From Podarcis cretensis (taxonomy: Eukaryota): a DNA stretch of 64,000 bases. Below the pieces are notes generated by a model. The model saw nothing but the letters and a program-made list of their open reading frames with translations, did no database searches and was not told where the DNA came from. The stretch lies in contig OX638150.1 in NCBI GenBank assembly GCA_951804945.1, positions 70,990,001 through 71,054,000 on the forward strand, read 5' to 3'. The position numbers and the translations under genes are program-made. Below, in pieces: positions 61,251-64,000 of this stretch (its first letter is position 1; every line of letters begins with the position of its first letter).

Positions 61251-63789
61251 AATTCAGGTCAACTTGAATGGCCACTAATCTCAAAGCTGAAATAGGGGGG
61301 AAATTGACCAATTAGAAATGAAAACACTTGCAACAAAGAAGGATGCAACCCTTCACAAAACTGGAAGAAAGTAGCAAGGTAACTATACACATTTTTTTGT
61401 ATTTGCCCTGCTTCTAAATGTGTACATACTCTGGCATAAAACTCACTGCCTCTAATAATATACTATAAATTTGTTAAGAAAACAAGTACAAAAACCCCAA
61501 GGCGTTTTACTGTCTGCAGCATGAATACTGGAGCGCATCTAGGTTAATATGCAGAAAATTTTGCCTCATAAACTTAAAATGATTTCATTTAAGAAAAGCT
61601 AGAAAAGAAGATCTGCATTTTTCCTAGTCATAACGGAAAACTAGCAAAACAAGAGCCAAAAATGTTCACTGAAGACTGACATACATAAAGAGAATGTATC
61701 TAAAGTTATGGTTTTAAAATGAGGGAATGCACAGGATAGGGATCCTCTGGGTGGGTCTAGTTAGGCTTAGCAGAGGTCCTAATACAGCCTCCTGGACCAT
61801 TTCCCCCATACCATACATAAGTTGGGAGGCAGGTAAAGGTATGGCTTTTACACTGAAGCATGTTTCAAAGAGGTTTCAACATAAACCACCTGGAAATGCA
61901 CTTCAAAAACAATGTCTCTTAGCACTCATCAGTACTTTGAAGTGCGTATCCATGCGGTTTCTACGGAAAGCGCTTTGAAGCACACTTCAAGGATGTTAAC
62001 TGTTGTCCCCAAAGTTGAAGTCTTTGCATGGATGTCTGTCTGCTGGCGGTTCTTGGTCTACTGGACAGAAAAGTTTCCCCACCCCTGATATAGTTAAAAA
62101 ACAAAGAAAGGGAGTGGGGAAGCCATCTGAACAGCAATAAATATCTATTGGCAAACACATCCCCGTTTTTAATGTAACAAGCCACATCCACAAAAAAAGT
62201 TAATGCCTATATAGCCAAACAACTCTCAGGAGAGCTATATGACTAGTGTTCTGTTTTACGGGAGACTTGTGTTTGTCAATAATTGTTTCATTACTCTCTA
62301 GAGTTCAAAGTAATGGTTGCAACAGCAGCTGTAGGCTTTCTATCTATATAAACAGAGCATGATAGTCAGAACAAGACTCATATTTGTTTGCCTTAAAACA
62401 GAAACACAATGTATAATGATGTTATACAAAGACTGTGTAAGAGCATGCAGTACAGTAGAATTCCTAAAGGTTTTCTGTTAATCAAACATGCATCCAAAAG
62501 ATAACCTGTTGCTCTCCAGATGCTTTAAACTACAATTCTCATTATCCCTGACCATCGGCCATGCAGGGTAGGAGTGGTAGGAGTTGGAACTTAACAACAT
62601 TTGGAAGGCCACAGGCCCTCCATCCATGTTGCTCCTGTATTAATTGATATGTTGCTTATATGCCAAAATGCCTTCTAAGTGGCTTATAACCTATCCTTTC
62701 CCTTTCCATGTATATTTTCTATTCCCATGAAGAACTGCCTTAGTATAGCATATGTGGTCAGCTTTTTTTCAGCCTGCAATTTTCAATCTTTTTTCTCCAG
62801 GTTCATTTCATCTACTACAAACTGAAGCAAATATTAAGGAACTTCACTTATTTTATATATCACTAGATACTGTTTTATCCACAAACAAAGACTATATACA
62901 ACATCCGGTCACTGTCAGTCCCATAATATGCAGCAAGTCTATATCCTGAATCCCCAAACACTGGGCCATCATGTCTATCTGTTCTACATCCACATTAGCA
63001 GGAACATGTTCTTCCTTCTGAATAATATGAAAACATCAACTTACAATTCAGGATTACCTTTCACACTTCAACACAAAAAGTAACCTTGGCAACAGCAGCA
63101 AATACAGCTGACAGGCTAGATGGCAAGCATGGAGAGTATATAGTAAGACTGGCAGAATTGATTTCATTTACACTATGAAGCAGTTTAGTTTTATAGTGGA
63201 CGAATTTTATTAGAATTTGTTTAATTTAGTGAGGAATTATCTCTAAAAATCCAAAGGCTGTAAGTGCACCTGCATTATGAATGAGTTTTTTAAACAATAC
63301 AAGAACTTCACAAATAAAATGGCAAACAATACTAGACGACCTTCCCATGCATCTGTTTTGGTTTGTTGCCTCAAAGTCAAAACAAACCAACTTCCGTGTA
63401 TCTCATCTACCTGGTCACCTGAAGATAACCTTAGGCAACCAAATAAGTGGTTATTTTCAAGGCTACATTACAGGGTTTTGTAATAATCTTGATCTTAGAG
63501 ACCTGACACTGAAAGTATACACAGATATTTCTTCCACTAGAAATAACAGAAAATGGTAGACATCTTTATGAACACTACATCTATGAAAGCAGAGACGGTC
63601 CTAGTTGCCAAGGACCTTCCCAGCACAATCCTACCCAGGCTTATTCAGAAGCAAATCTCAGTTCTGCTCGCCATATCTTTAAAAGCATATGGTGGAGCTG
63701 GAAAAGGTACAGAAAAAGGCAACCAAAGAAATCAGTGAGTTGGAGCAACTCCCCTACAAGGAAATATTGCAATCAAGAGGAAGCATGAC

Positions 63790-64000
63790 AGAGGTATATA
63801 AAATTATGCAAGCTGTAGAGAAAGGAGGTAGAGTTAAGTTTCCCCCATCTTTCACAACACCATAACCTGGGGTCATCTAATGAAGGTGAACAGTGGGTGA
63901 TTTAGGACAGACAAAAGGAAGCACTTATTCACTCAGCACATGGAATTTACTGCCACAAGATGTGGTGACTACCACCAATTTAAATGGCTTTGAAAGGGAA
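63790..64000 (+). mobile_element. Decayed CR1 LINE 3' region running off the window edge
   Basis: GGGTCATCTAATGAAG..TTTAGGACAGACAAAAGGAAGCAC..TGGAATTTACTGCCACAAGATGTGGTG (GH-MK..FRTDKRKH..WN-LPQDVV). Confidence 0.75.

Larger units (their letters stand above)
18187..61286 (-). other. RNF123: RNF123 (KPC1) gene span visible in the window, exons 2-35; continues off the left edge (RING exons) and right edge (exon 1)
   Basis: 34 exons with compatible phases join into a stop-free 3497-nt CDS matching RNF123 from MTSRASGTTFSRKNYRL through the SPRY domain to [21 protein letters not shown]. Confidence 0.97.

Noticed and set aside
61287-64000. RNF123 promoter or exon 1
   Set aside because: No CpG island or convincing first-exon donor; probably beyond the window.
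1-64000. CRISPR arrays, operons or prokaryotic defence systems
   Set aside because: The sequence is intron-rich vertebrate DNA; the repeats are microsatellites and transposons, not repeat-spacer arrays.

Overview
Vertebrate (squamate, probably lacertid lizard, inferred from the Sauria/Squam SINE, BovB, CR1, L2 and Penelope repeat content) genomic DNA. The minus strand carries 34 consecutive coding exons of RNF123/KPC1, an SPRY/RING E3 ubiquitin ligase: ATG at 61250, last visible exon 18187-18271, 3497 nt read in frame by hand. The non-coding first exon and the RING-encoding last exons lie outside the window. The plus strand at the left edge carries the 3' two-thirds of the single-exon CDS of AMIGO3 (LRR-Ig-TM), nested antisense in the last visible RNF123 intron. 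RNF123 has three non-standard introns: a U12 AT-AC intron (48491-49243), a U12 GT-AG intron (44084-45424) and a GC-AG intron (36405-38995). The most striking structure is a three-layer nested insertion in intron 7: an internally deleted mariner, interrupted by a Penelope-type perfect 104-bp inverted repeat with minimal hammerhead ribozyme motifs on both strands, itself interrupted at its hairpin centre by a young 5'-truncated L1-clade LINE. Other candidates: a 162-nt poison exon, a 24-nt in-frame microexon, a pre-miRNA-like hairpin and a long intronic palindrome. Most short ORFs in the track are non-coding noise. Exon numbers follow my recollection of the human gene structure; repeat family names are by eye and were not searched.
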